64,000 bases of DNA from Candidatus Latescibacterota bacterium (GTDB lineage Bacteria; Latescibacterota; UBA2968; UBA8231): contig OZ241867.1 in the NCBI GenBank assembly GCA_965203175.1, positions 6,112,001 through 6,176,000 of the forward strand, given 5' to 3'. Shown here piece after piece: positions 21,563-30,485 of the stretch. Position numbers and translations under genes: made by a program. Position 1 is the first letter of the stretch, and each line of letters starts with the position of its first letter. The notes below the pieces were generated by a model. The model saw only the letters and a program-made list of their open reading frames with translations, searched no databases and was not told where the DNA came from.

Positions 21563-22633
21563 ATGAGCGAATCCAACGACGAAATTCGCGTTGATGCAGA
21601 AGAACTACTGGAACTAGTCGTCGCCGTTTTCGAGCGGTGCGGCATGTCCCAAGCGGACGCAGCTCTATTGGCCGATTCGCTCGTGGACGCGGATCTATGC
21701 GGAACCCACTCGCACGGCGTCATACGAGTGCCCGAGTACGCGAAGAAGCTGACAGTTAAAGGCGTGAACCCGACCGCCAAGCCCGAAATCGTCCGCGAAG
21801 GTCCTTCGTTCGTCATAGTAGATGGACGCAATTCAATGGGACAAATCGGCACTGCCTTGGCCATGCGGCAGGTGATCGGCAAAGCAGCGCAGACCGGCAT
21901 CGCCGCGGGAGCCATTCGCGGCAGCAATCACTGCGGTGCCATGGCGTATTTCACCCGCATGGCGCTGCCGCACGACATGATCGGAATCGCAACCACAAAT
22001 GCGATCCCAACGATGGCACCTTGGGGAGGTGCCGAGCGGATCTTGGGCATTAATCCGCTTGCGATCTCCGTACCGGCAGGAGAGATGTCTCCCATCGCGT
22101 ACGACGCCGCGTTTAGCGGGTCTTCCCACGGAAAGATTCGGATCTACCAACAGAAAGGGATGTGCATACCCGAGGGGTGGGTTCTAGACCGGGAGGGCCG
22201 GCCCACGACCGACCCCAACGTGGCGATCGACGGCCTGCTAGCCCCCATCGGAGGGTTCAAAGGGGCTGGGCTGGCGATGATCATGGGCGTCCTTTCGTCT
22301 ATGCTTTCCGGTGCCAGCTACGGGACCGAACTAGGAAGTATCAAGGAGGGACCGATCCCCGGAGAAGACGGCCACTTTGTCGCCGCTATCCACATCGCCT
22401 CCTTCGAAGACGTCGAACGCTTCAAGTCAAGAGTGGACGCCGCCATCCAACAGATCCACGACTGCCGACTCGCTCCCGGTTTTGACCGAGTGTACGCTCC
22501 AGGCGAACTAGAAGCGATTCGCCGCGTTGAATATCGCGAGAAGGGAATCCCACTCAATCGCGTGACGCTGGCAGATATGCGAAAGACGGCGGAGCAACTC
22601 AGTATCGACGTGAACGAATACACATGGCTTTAG
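21563..22633 (+). CDS. Ldh_2 family (malate/L-lactate/ureidoglycolate dehydrogenase-like) oxidoreductase
   Basis: ADLCGTHSHGV, SNHCGAMAY, LGINPLA, GGFKGAGLA, VYAPGE. Confidence 0.92.
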   Translation: MSESNDEIRVDAEELLELVVAVFERCGMSQADAALLADSLVDADLCGTHSHGVIRVPEYAKKLTVKGVNPTAKPEIVREGPSFVIVDGRNSMGQIGTALAMRQVIGKAAQTGIAAGAIRGSNHCGAMAYFTRMALPHDMIGIATTNAIPTMAPWGGAERILGINPLAISVPAGEMSPIAYDAAFSGSSHGKIRIYQQKGMCIPEGWVLDREGRPTTDPNVAIDGLLAPIGGFKGAGLAMIMGVLSSMLSGASYGTELGSIKEGPIPGEDGHFVAAIHIASFEDVERFKSRVDAAIQQIHDCRLAPGFDRVYAPGELEAIRRVEYREKGIPLNRVTLADMRKTAEQLSIDVNEYTWL

Positions 22634-22653
22634 GACATTGGGGTACTTGGACT

Positions 22654-22971
22654 TCAGATTTCACAGGTGTCTCCATTACACTCCTGACCCGCATTTCCCA
22701 TGATTTTCTGAATTGCCGGTAGATACAATAGAAGTCCAAACAGAAAAAATACGGGCACTTGTAAACACACTTTTCGAGTGGCATAAATGCCCGTGAAAAC
22801 CTTGTTCTGCTGTTTGTCAACCACGACTATTTTTCCAATAGGTACTTCTCCCAATGGCGAATCATCGGTCGATAGTTCGATTCGACCAAACCAATCCATT
22901 TGAGCCGTGTGTTTAGCCTTACGCACACAATATGGGCAGTTTGGATTGTAGTATAGAGCAAGTCGTGTCAT
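22654..22971 (-). CDS. DCC1/DUF393-like thiol-disulfide oxidoreductase
   Basis: LYYNPNCPYC (CxxC), FTGIYATRKV, hydrophobic C-terminal segment, tail CNGDTCEI. Confidence 0.7.
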   Translation of the reverse strand: MTRLALYYNPNCPYCVRKAKHTAQMDWFGRIELSTDDSPLGEVPIGKIVVVDKQQNKVFTGIYATRKVCLQVPVFFLFGLLLYLPAIQKIMGNAGQECNGDTCEI

Positions 22972-22997
22972 ATTGCGGTTGCTGTTAAATATCCCAA

Positions 22998-24404
22998 CTA
23001 CCACCAACCAAGCATCTTCCACCAGATCAACCCAATACCCAACCAAATCGCCAAATGATACAGCGACACCATAAAACCGCTAGCGAACCACCTTCGCGGT
23101 GATACGTAATCCAGACCAAAGTAGATTATCACCGGCCCCGTCGAGTAATTGGTCGTACACCCACAGAGATTAGAAAAATATGCGAATACAGCGACCGTGA
23201 GCATCGCCGGTGCCCCCGCGCCTAGCGCCACCGCTAAAAACACCGTACCCATCGCGGCAATGTGCGCCGACAACATCGAAAAACTGTACATCGAATAGAA
23301 GTAAATCAGCGCCATAACCAAGACAACCGTTATACCGCTGACATCGGCAAACCACGCGCCGACAGCCTGGGCAAACCAATCAATAAACCCGTGCTCCTTG
23401 AGGCTTCTCGCCATAGTCAGCAAACCACCAATCCATATAAGCGTCTCCCAAGCCTTATCGTTCTCCACCATATCCTGCCATTTTTCGGTATGGGTGATGA
23501 GCAAAACAGAGACGCCGATCCAAGCGACCACTGTTGTATGCATTCCATGAATCGGCTTGGTCACCCACAACAGAAGCAGAACCGGCAACACTACTCCCAT
23601 AATTTTCTCACCCCTGCTCCACCTGCCCATCTTCTGAAGTTCCCTTTGCGCGACCGCCTGCGCTGCACGGGTATCCGTCAGCGTCGGCTTTGCTAGCAAA
23701 AAGATAAATACCGGCAGCAGCGCTAGTCCGACGAGTCCCGGCACCACCGACCCAAGCACCCACGTCCCCCAATCAAAGGTGACGCCAAACACCGCTTGGG
23801 CGGCCTGCGCCACCATTGGATTGGCCGCCATGCCCGTGAGAAACATTGCCGCGGTGATCAGATTGGCGTGCGAGCCAACCAGCGCAAGATAGGTTCCCGC
23901 TCTCTCGGGATGCCGAGTCGGATAGGAGTCCAACGCTTCGGCCAAGGAGCGCACGATGGGTGCTAAAATACCGCCACCGCGCGCGGTATTTGAAGGCACC
24001 ACTGGTCCTAGCAACAACTCCGCACCACAGATCGAGTATCCCAATCCCAACGGCGATTTCGCCAAGCGACTGACCAACAAAAGCGCCAACCGCCGCCCCA
24101 ATCCCGTACGGATAATGCCGCCAGCCAGCAGAAAAGCAGCGACGATCAACCAGACCATTGGGTCGCCATACCCAGACATCGCCTCTTGTATTGTAATTAT
24201 GCCAGTCGCCGTCAGCGCCACTAAACCGAATATCACCATCGCGCCGATCGGATAAGGGCGCAGAATAAAGCTCACAATTACCGCGATAAAAACCGAAAAA
24301 ACATGCCAACCTTTAACTGGCAGATCTTCGGGAATGGGCATGAACCAGAGCACCCCTGCCAAAAGCACACAAACCCCAAATCGCAAAACACTCTGCTGCC
24401 CCAT
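22998..24404 (-). CDS. DASS-family divalent anion:Na+ symporter
   Basis: TGLGRRLAL, PSNTARGGGI, AMFLTGMAANP, TNYSTGP, WWKMLGWW; many TM helices. Confidence 0.93.
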   Translation of the reverse strand: MGQQSVLRFGVCVLLAGVLWFMPIPEDLPVKGWHVFSVFIAVIVSFILRPYPIGAMVIFGLVALTATGIITIQEAMSGYGDPMVWLIVAAFLLAGGIIRTGLGRRLALLLVSRLAKSPLGLGYSICGAELLLGPVVPSNTARGGGILAPIVRSLAEALDSYPTRHPERAGTYLALVGSHANLITAAMFLTGMAANPMVAQAAQAVFGVTFDWGTWVLGSVVPGLVGLALLPVFIFLLAKPTLTDTRAAQAVAQRELQKMGRWSRGEKIMGVVLPVLLLLWVTKPIHGMHTTVVAWIGVSVLLITHTEKWQDMVENDKAWETLIWIGGLLTMARSLKEHGFIDWFAQAVGAWFADVSGITVVLVMALIYFYSMYSFSMLSAHIAAMGTVFLAVALGAGAPAMLTVAVFAYFSNLCGCTTNYSTGPVIIYFGLDYVSPRRWFASGFMVSLYHLAIWLGIGLIWWKMLGWW

Positions 24405-24611
24405 CAGTTCCGTCACTGTATAAATACTCCTTTCCCTGTCATACTCCCGCAAAAGAGCGATTTTGAGTCAAATCCACGGCCAGTCTCCATAATAGCCCTC
24501 AACGCGGTAACCGTCCAGATGAGTGCGAGTCAGCTCAAGGCGGCGATGGGATCGTTCCTTTGTCCTTGCATGATGACTTTTTTCGATGTATTAATTGTGT
24601 AGGCGCTGTGT

Positions 24612-24684
24612 TTAGGTCTTGATTGCAATCCTGCAACAACCGTAAATAAGACCTAAGTCATTAATATATCACAACTTATATCAC
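24612..24684. promoter_or_regulatory. Divergent intergenic region with inverted and direct repeats
   Basis: TTAGGTCTT (24612-20)/AAGACCTAA (24648-56); palindrome GATTGCAATC (24621-30); TATATCAC at 24665 and 24677. Confidence 0.4.
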
Positions 24685-24711
24685 TGTTGGCGTTTTATCG
24701 GGGAGGGTACA

Positions 24712-26085
24712 ATGGCCAATAAAGTGACGATTTTTGGCGCGGGCAGCGTGGTGTTTTCGCTCGGCTTGGTCAAGGATTTGTGTCTGACCAAGGCACTGAA
24801 CGGCAGCCACGTCTGTTTTATGGACATCAACGAGGAAGTGCTCGATGTCATTTATGCACTCGGGCAGCGCTATGCCGAGGACTTGGGCGCAGATATGACG
24901 TTTGAGAAAACCACGGAGCAAGGAGCGGCGTTAAAAGACGCCGATTTTGTAATCAATACGGCAACGGTGACGCACAACGAGTACTTCATGCAGCGCCGGC
25001 GCAACATGACGGCCAAACTCGGCTATTTTTACAACAGAACCGGCATGCCCGAATATCACAATTTGCAACTGATGTTGAACGTGGCAAAAGACATGGAAAA
25101 GCTGTGTCCCGATGCGTGGATTTTGTTGGCGGGCAACCCAGTCTTTGACGGAACGACTTTGATGACGCGGGAGACGGGAATTAAAGTGTGCGGCTTGTGT
25201 CATGGGCATTACGGCTATACGGGCGTGGCCCGCACATTGAGACTGGATCCCGCTAAGGTTACGTGGCAAGCGCCGGGGTTAAACCACAATATCTGGCTAA
25301 CGGATTTCATCTACGAAAACGAAGACATGTATCCGAAGCTGGATAAATGGATTGCCGAGGAAAGCGAATCGTACTGGGAGAGAATGACCCGGGAAGGCAA
25401 GGCGATCCCCACGCAAATGTCGCGCGCGGCGATCCATCAATACAAGCTGTACGGCCTGATGCCCATTGGCGACACGCCTCGGCGGGGCGGCTGGTGGTAT
25501 CACACGGATTTGGCGACGCGAAAATACTGGTACGACCCCAATGGCGGCAAAGACACGCCGGCCGGACGCGATGCGGTTTTAGCTGGCAAGGCCAAAAAAT
25601 ACGAGCAGATGAAGGCGGCAGCCTACGACGAAAAAATCCGGCCGATTGATCTGTTCGGCGATCAGATGACGGCCGAGCAGCACATTCCCATTATGAATGG
25701 ATTGGTCAACAACGTCGAAGGTCAGTTTCAGGTGAATGTGCCCAACTGCGGGGCGCTGCCGGGCATTCCCGACGACGTGGCAGTGGAAGTCCCTGCGATT
25801 GTCAATAAGAAGGGCATTCAGCCTTTACGCGTACCGCCATTGCCCAAGAAGATCATGCTGGAATGCATCTATCCCGATTGGCTTGAGATGGAGCGCACCC
25901 TCGAAGCGGTTTTGTCGGGCGATAAATCGATGATGCTATTCGGCGTGCTCGAAAGCAAAGAGACGAAATCGTACGAGCATGGCCTGGAGACGCTGGACGC
26001 GCTGTTTAATATTGAACCCAATGAACCGATGAAGTACGTGGAAGATATAAACGCACATTTTTCTTGGCCGAAGAACTGGTCGTAG
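24712..26085 (+). CDS. Glycoside hydrolase family 4 (NAD+-dependent alpha-glycosidase)
   Basis: KVTIFGAGS, ADFVINT, CPDAWILLAGNP, GLCHG, GLNH, VNVPNCGAL, VAVEVP. Confidence 0.93.
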   Translation: MANKVTIFGAGSVVFSLGLVKDLCLTKALNGSHVCFMDINEEVLDVIYALGQRYAEDLGADMTFEKTTEQGAALKDADFVINTATVTHNEYFMQRRRNMTAKLGYFYNRTGMPEYHNLQLMLNVAKDMEKLCPDAWILLAGNPVFDGTTLMTRETGIKVCGLCHGHYGYTGVARTLRLDPAKVTWQAPGLNHNIWLTDFIYENEDMYPKLDKWIAEESESYWERMTREGKAIPTQMSRAAIHQYKLYGLMPIGDTPRRGGWWYHTDLATRKYWYDPNGGKDTPAGRDAVLAGKAKKYEQMKAAAYDEKIRPIDLFGDQMTAEQHIPIMNGLVNNVEGQFQVNVPNCGALPGIPDDVAVEVPAIVNKKGIQPLRVPPLPKKIMLECIYPDWLEMERTLEAVLSGDKSMMLFGVLESKETKSYEHGLETLDALFNIEPNEPMKYVEDINAHFSWPKNWS

Positions 26086-26120
26086 AAAGGAACCATCCTC
26101 AAAGCAAAGGCTGAATAGCA

Positions 26121-27131
26121 ATGGAAGACACAGGTAGTACAGTGGCGGTGACCGGTGCTGCAGACTTTCTCGGTAGCCATATATGCCGCGCCTTGTTGCA
26201 GTGTGGATATGCAGTGCGCGCTGTTACGCGCGAGGGTAGCGATCGCAAACTTCCCGGTGATCTGGACGAGCAGGTCGAATTGCAGCCTGCCGATGTCCGC
26301 GATCCTGAGTCGTTAAACCAGGCATTCCAAAATGTTCACGCCGTCATACACAATGCCGCGATTGTGACGATTGACGAAGATCCCGCAGGTCTGGCCGATG
26401 AAGTCAACCTGACGGGCACCCGGAATGTGATTCAAGCATGTATTGGCAACGGAGTCCACAGATTGGTGTACATCGGTTCCATACACGCATTCAGCCCGAT
26501 ACGCGGGATGACGCTAAGTGTCAGTTCAAAACTGGGCCAAAATTCCCAAATCCCCTACGTGGCTACCAAAGCCGAAGCGCATATAAGCGTAATCGACGCG
26601 GCGAGTAGCAACGGGCTCAATGCCTCTATCGTCTGTCCTTCAGACCTCATAGGCCCCGGCGACAGTAAACCGACTCCCGTCGGCAGCATGTTGCTCGCCA
26701 TGGCGCGCAAGCAACTCCCGTGCCTCATCAACGGAGGATTTTGGTGGAGCGACGTGCGAGACGTGGCGAATGCCATAGCCAACGCGGTAGAGGCGAGAGG
26801 ATACGGGGGCGAGGTTTATTTCACTGCAGGGCAGTACGCAAAGACCAGCCAACTGGCGCGTCTGTGTTCCCAAGTTCTAGGGCGTAAAGTAAAGCGTCCC
26901 GTCGTGCCCTATTTTATGGCTCGGACAGCCTTGCCCCTGATTAAATCACATGCTGCGAAGCGCAGTCTATCGTCTCTTTACTCCCGCAATTCGCTCAAAC
27001 TCTTGCACGACTGTCCAGGGTCTGTTGATGAATCCTTAGCGATAAGTCAATTGGGATACAGGCCTCGGCCACTTGAAGAGTCGATTCGCGACGCCTTCAA
27101 TTGGTTCACAGAGCAGGGAATTCGTTTTTAA
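26121..27131 (+). CDS. Extended SDR/NAD-dependent epimerase (dihydroflavonol-reductase-like)
   Basis: VAVTGAADFLGSH, HNAA, VNLTGT, YVATK, DVRDVA, LGYRPRPLEESIRD. Confidence 0.85.
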   Translation: MEDTGSTVAVTGAADFLGSHICRALLQCGYAVRAVTREGSDRKLPGDLDEQVELQPADVRDPESLNQAFQNVHAVIHNAAIVTIDEDPAGLADEVNLTGTRNVIQACIGNGVHRLVYIGSIHAFSPIRGMTLSVSSKLGQNSQIPYVATKAEAHISVIDAASSNGLNASIVCPSDLIGPGDSKPTPVGSMLLAMARKQLPCLINGGFWWSDVRDVANAIANAVEARGYGGEVYFTAGQYAKTSQLARLCSQVLGRKVKRPVVPYFMARTALPLIKSHAAKRSLSSLYSRNSLKLLHDCPGSVDESLAISQLGYRPRPLEESIRDAFNWFTEQGIRF

Positions 27132-27156
27132 TCGGGAAATTTTGCACACGTATGGT

Positions 27157-28989
27157 TCATGGTCCCACTCGTCGCTCAATAATAGGTAAAACCACATGCG
27201 ACGGATGTTCGGGGTCGTGATAAATCGCCTGCTCTGCAATCTCAAACCGCCGCTCAACGCCCAAATCGCCGCCCGTATTCGGATTCACGTCAAAGCGCGG
27301 CCAGTTGCTGCTGGAAATGTCCAAGCGAATCCGATGTCCCTTCTTGAAGACATTGGATGTTGGATACAGTTGAAAGACGAACTCGTAGATCTCCCCCGGT
27401 TCCAATAACTCTGGAGCATCCCAACTGTTCCGATAGCGGGCGCGGATGATGGAATCCGTCAGGTTGATCGCGAGCCCATCGGGATAGTCTTCGCTCAATG
27501 GACAAACGTCGATCAATTTGGCTGTGAAGTCCGTATCGCGGGCCGATGATGAGGCGTGCAGTTTAACCGTAATGGGTCCCGTGACTTCCACATCCCCCTC
27601 TAACGGATCGGTCTGAAAGGTCAGCACATCGCTGCGGGCATTGAGGGGCAGGGTGTCTTTGCAGCCAAAGAACCTAGCGTCCCCTCGCTGATCAAACGCG
27701 CCAGCACCCATGATGGGGTCCGCCGCGGAAATGCCCCCGCCAATGGTTGGAACGGGGTCGCGCGGATCAAAACTAAAGCGGCTTGGCAAGTGGCCAGTCG
27801 TTGGCAGCGCGGTGGATAGCTCGCCGGCGGCGTGCAGATAGTACGGCGTGAACTGGGTGTCGGGCAGGGGGAAATCCTGCTCATCGCGCCAATAGCCGCC
27901 GTGATGGAGGCGTCCCTGATAGTTAGCTGTTCCCTCGCCCGTGCCCATCGCGAAAATCTTGACCGGCGACCAATCGGCAACTTCTGTGTGCAGCCCTTTG
28001 AGGAAGTGGTCGAACCACGCCAGCCGCAGGTCGTTGTAATTAATAAAGGAGTGATTGCCGAAATCGACGTCGCCGGCATTCGACACACCCCAGCCACCGT
28101 GCGTCCACGGCCCCATCAGCAACACCTGCCGCGACTTTTTCATTTTGCTCAGCGCGGTAAAATTCTCACAAGTCGCCCGCGCATACGAGTCATACCATCC
28201 ACCTAGGTAAAGCGTCGGCACATCGGCGTGTTCTTCGTAATACTGGGAGATCGCATACCCGCGCTGCTTCCAGTAATCGTCGTATTCCCCGTGCGTAAAC
28301 AGATCGAGCACCCATTGCTCGTAATTCGGCAGCATCCGCAACGGCGAGGTACCTTTCTTGAGCGGAGCGCGCAATACCCATTCGTCCACATTGGCAAACG
28401 CCTTGTCAACTGCGGCTTTGAGGTTGACATCGGCAAGCGCTTCCTTGCTGGTAGTCGCCATGCGGAAGGCATAGATCATGAACCGTTGTTCAAGCGCGCC
28501 GTTTTGCCGCATTGAACAGTGGTAGTAATTCGACGCGCCAACAGCGACGATCATCGTCGTCAGGTGCGGCGGATTGAGCGTTGCCAGCGCCGACTGGTCA
28601 CTGCCGCAATACGACCCACCCATCGTGCCAACCTTCCCATCGCTCCACTCTTGCGCGGCGAGCCATTCCACCGTGTCGTAGCCATCGGGAGCTTCCTTGG
28701 CAAACGGATACCACTCGCCGGCGCTGGCAAAGCGGCCGCGCACATCCTGAATAGCGCAGACGTAACCGCGCCGAGCGTAGTACGCACCGTTCGTCACATT
28801 GCCCGCTGCCGCCTTGTCGTAGGGAGTGCGTTCCAAAATTACCGGGAATTTTCCCGCTGCCGGCTGATCTCTCAGCGCAGGCAAGTAGATGTCAGTGGCC
28901 AAGCAGACGCCATCGCGCATCGGAATCATCACATTGGATTGGCAGAGCGCGTCGTACTGCTGATGTGAACCTCGATATGATTCGGGCAT
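27157..28989 (-). CDS. CocE/NonD-family serine hydrolase
   Basis: IPMRDGVCLATDIY, ERTPY, QDVRGR, GGSY nucleophile, GGWYD, GPWTH, ISSSNWPRFDVNPNTG. Confidence 0.95.
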   Translation of the reverse strand: MPESYRGSHQQYDALCQSNVMIPMRDGVCLATDIYLPALRDQPAAGKFPVILERTPYDKAAAGNVTNGAYYARRGYVCAIQDVRGRFASAGEWYPFAKEAPDGYDTVEWLAAQEWSDGKVGTMGGSYCGSDQSALATLNPPHLTTMIVAVGASNYYHCSMRQNGALEQRFMIYAFRMATTSKEALADVNLKAAVDKAFANVDEWVLRAPLKKGTSPLRMLPNYEQWVLDLFTHGEYDDYWKQRGYAISQYYEEHADVPTLYLGGWYDSYARATCENFTALSKMKKSRQVLLMGPWTHGGWGVSNAGDVDFGNHSFINYNDLRLAWFDHFLKGLHTEVADWSPVKIFAMGTGEGTANYQGRLHHGGYWRDEQDFPLPDTQFTPYYLHAAGELSTALPTTGHLPSRFSFDPRDPVPTIGGGISAADPIMGAGAFDQRGDARFFGCKDTLPLNARSDVLTFQTDPLEGDVEVTGPITVKLHASSSARDTDFTAKLIDVCPLSEDYPDGLAINLTDSIIRARYRNSWDAPELLEPGEIYEFVFQLYPTSNVFKKGHRIRLDISSSNWPRFDVNPNTGGDLGVERRFEIAEQAIYHDPEHPSHVVLPIIERRVGP

Positions 28990-29053
28990 AAGTTGTCTCC
29001 TCAGAAGCCGTCTTAAAGCCTGCGAGTGCGCGCTTTGGGTTGTACTAGGAACG

Positions 29054-30466
29054 CTAATCCGGCAGCGGGTCTTCGCCCGCATAGGGCTGGTCGCCCACTT
29101 TTACCTGCAGGCGGCGCAATTCCCCGCGCAATCGGCGCACTACATCGGCGTAGGCCGGGTCGCGGTACACATTGACCAGTTCGCACGGGTCTTTTTCCAG
29201 ATCGAACAATTCCCACTCCGGCTCTTTGCTCTCGTCTATGGCACCGGGCTGGCCTAGGGCGTCGGCATAGTAGTAGATGAGCTTGTAGCGCAAAGTGCGG
29301 ACTCCGTAGTGGGCGTACACGTGATGGTGCGTCAAGTGCATCCAGTAGCGGTAGTACATCGCCGTCTGCCAGTCGTCCGGGGTCCGTCCCTCCAGCACGG
29401 GGCGCATGGAGCGGCCCTGGAACGAGTCGGGAATGGCGACGCCAGCGTAGTCGAGGAAGGTGGGGGCAAAGTCGACGTTGAGAATCATGTCGGTGCTGAC
29501 ACTGCCTGCGGCAATGGCGCGGGGATAGCGGATGAGGAAGGGCATGCGCAGCGATTCCTCGTACATGAAGCGCTTGTCGTACCAGCCGTGGTCGCCGAGG
29601 AAAAAGCCCTGATCCGAGGTATAGACGACAATGGTGTCGTCGGCAATGCCCTCGGCGTCGAGATAGTCGAGCACGCGACCGACATTGTCATCAACCGAGG
29701 CAACGCAGCGCAGATAGTCCTTTATGTAGCGCTGGTACTTCCACCTTTTCTCCTCTTCCAGGGTCAGCCCTTCGGGTACGGGCTGCTTGAGATCCGTGGC
29801 ATTGAGGTCGCGGTCAACTCGCATTTTGGCGGCGGCCGCAGCGGCCGCCCGATTCTGGTAGTCGTCGTCAAAGGTCTCCGGCTCGGGGATATCCTCGTCT
29901 TCGTACAGATGAGCGTGTTTTTCGTCCGGCTCCCAAGGACGGTGCGGGGCCTTGTGGTGGTACATCAGGCAAAAGGGCCGCTCCTTGTCGCGCGCCTGGA
30001 GCCAGTCGAGCGACAGGTCGGTGATAATGTCGGTGGTGTAGCCCTGGTATTGGACCTTGTCGCCGTTGCACACCATTTCCGGGTCGAAATAAGGGCCTTG
30101 GCCCTGGAGGATGTTGTAGTAGTCAAAGCCGGTGGGCCAGTGAGCCGGCCCCTGGCCTAGATGCCATTTGCCGACGATGGCGGTCTGATAGCCGACGCCC
30201 TGCAAGAGCTTGGCGAAGTTGAGCTGGCGGTTGTCGTGGCGCGAGTTCAAGGTAGTCATGCCGTTGACGTGATTGTACGTGCCCGTGAGGATGGTGGCGC
30301 GGGAGGGGCCGCAAATCGAATTGGTGCAAAAGCAGTTGTCAAAGCGCATGCCGCCTTGGGCAATGCGGTCGAGGTTGGGCGTTCTATTGATGCGGCTGCC
30401 GTAGCAACTCATGGCGTGAGCCGCGTGGTCGTCGGTCATAATGAAGAGGATGTTGGGGCGAGACAT
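29054..30466 (-). CDS. Sulfatase
   Basis: RPNILFIMTDDH, CGPSRATILTG (CxPxR), GKWHL, YTSDQG, DKRFMYEES. Confidence 0.95.
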   Translation of the reverse strand: MSRPNILFIMTDDHAAHAMSCYGSRINRTPNLDRIAQGGMRFDNCFCTNSICGPSRATILTGTYNHVNGMTTLNSRHDNRQLNFAKLLQGVGYQTAIVGKWHLGQGPAHWPTGFDYYNILQGQGPYFDPEMVCNGDKVQYQGYTTDIITDLSLDWLQARDKERPFCLMYHHKAPHRPWEPDEKHAHLYEDEDIPEPETFDDDYQNRAAAAAAAKMRVDRDLNATDLKQPVPEGLTLEEEKRWKYQRYIKDYLRCVASVDDNVGRVLDYLDAEGIADDTIVVYTSDQGFFLGDHGWYDKRFMYEESLRMPFLIRYPRAIAAGSVSTDMILNVDFAPTFLDYAGVAIPDSFQGRSMRPVLEGRTPDDWQTAMYYRYWMHLTHHHVYAHYGVRTLRYKLIYYYADALGQPGAIDESKEPEWELFDLEKDPCELVNVYRDPAYADVVRRLRGELRRLQVKVGDQPYAGEDPLPD

Positions 30467-30485
30467 GGAACTCCTTGCGAAAAGA

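Noticed and set aside
24460-24560. Possible minus-strand gene remnant (...HLDGYRVEGYYGDWPWI*)
   Set aside because: Too short, no clear start and no recognisable family.
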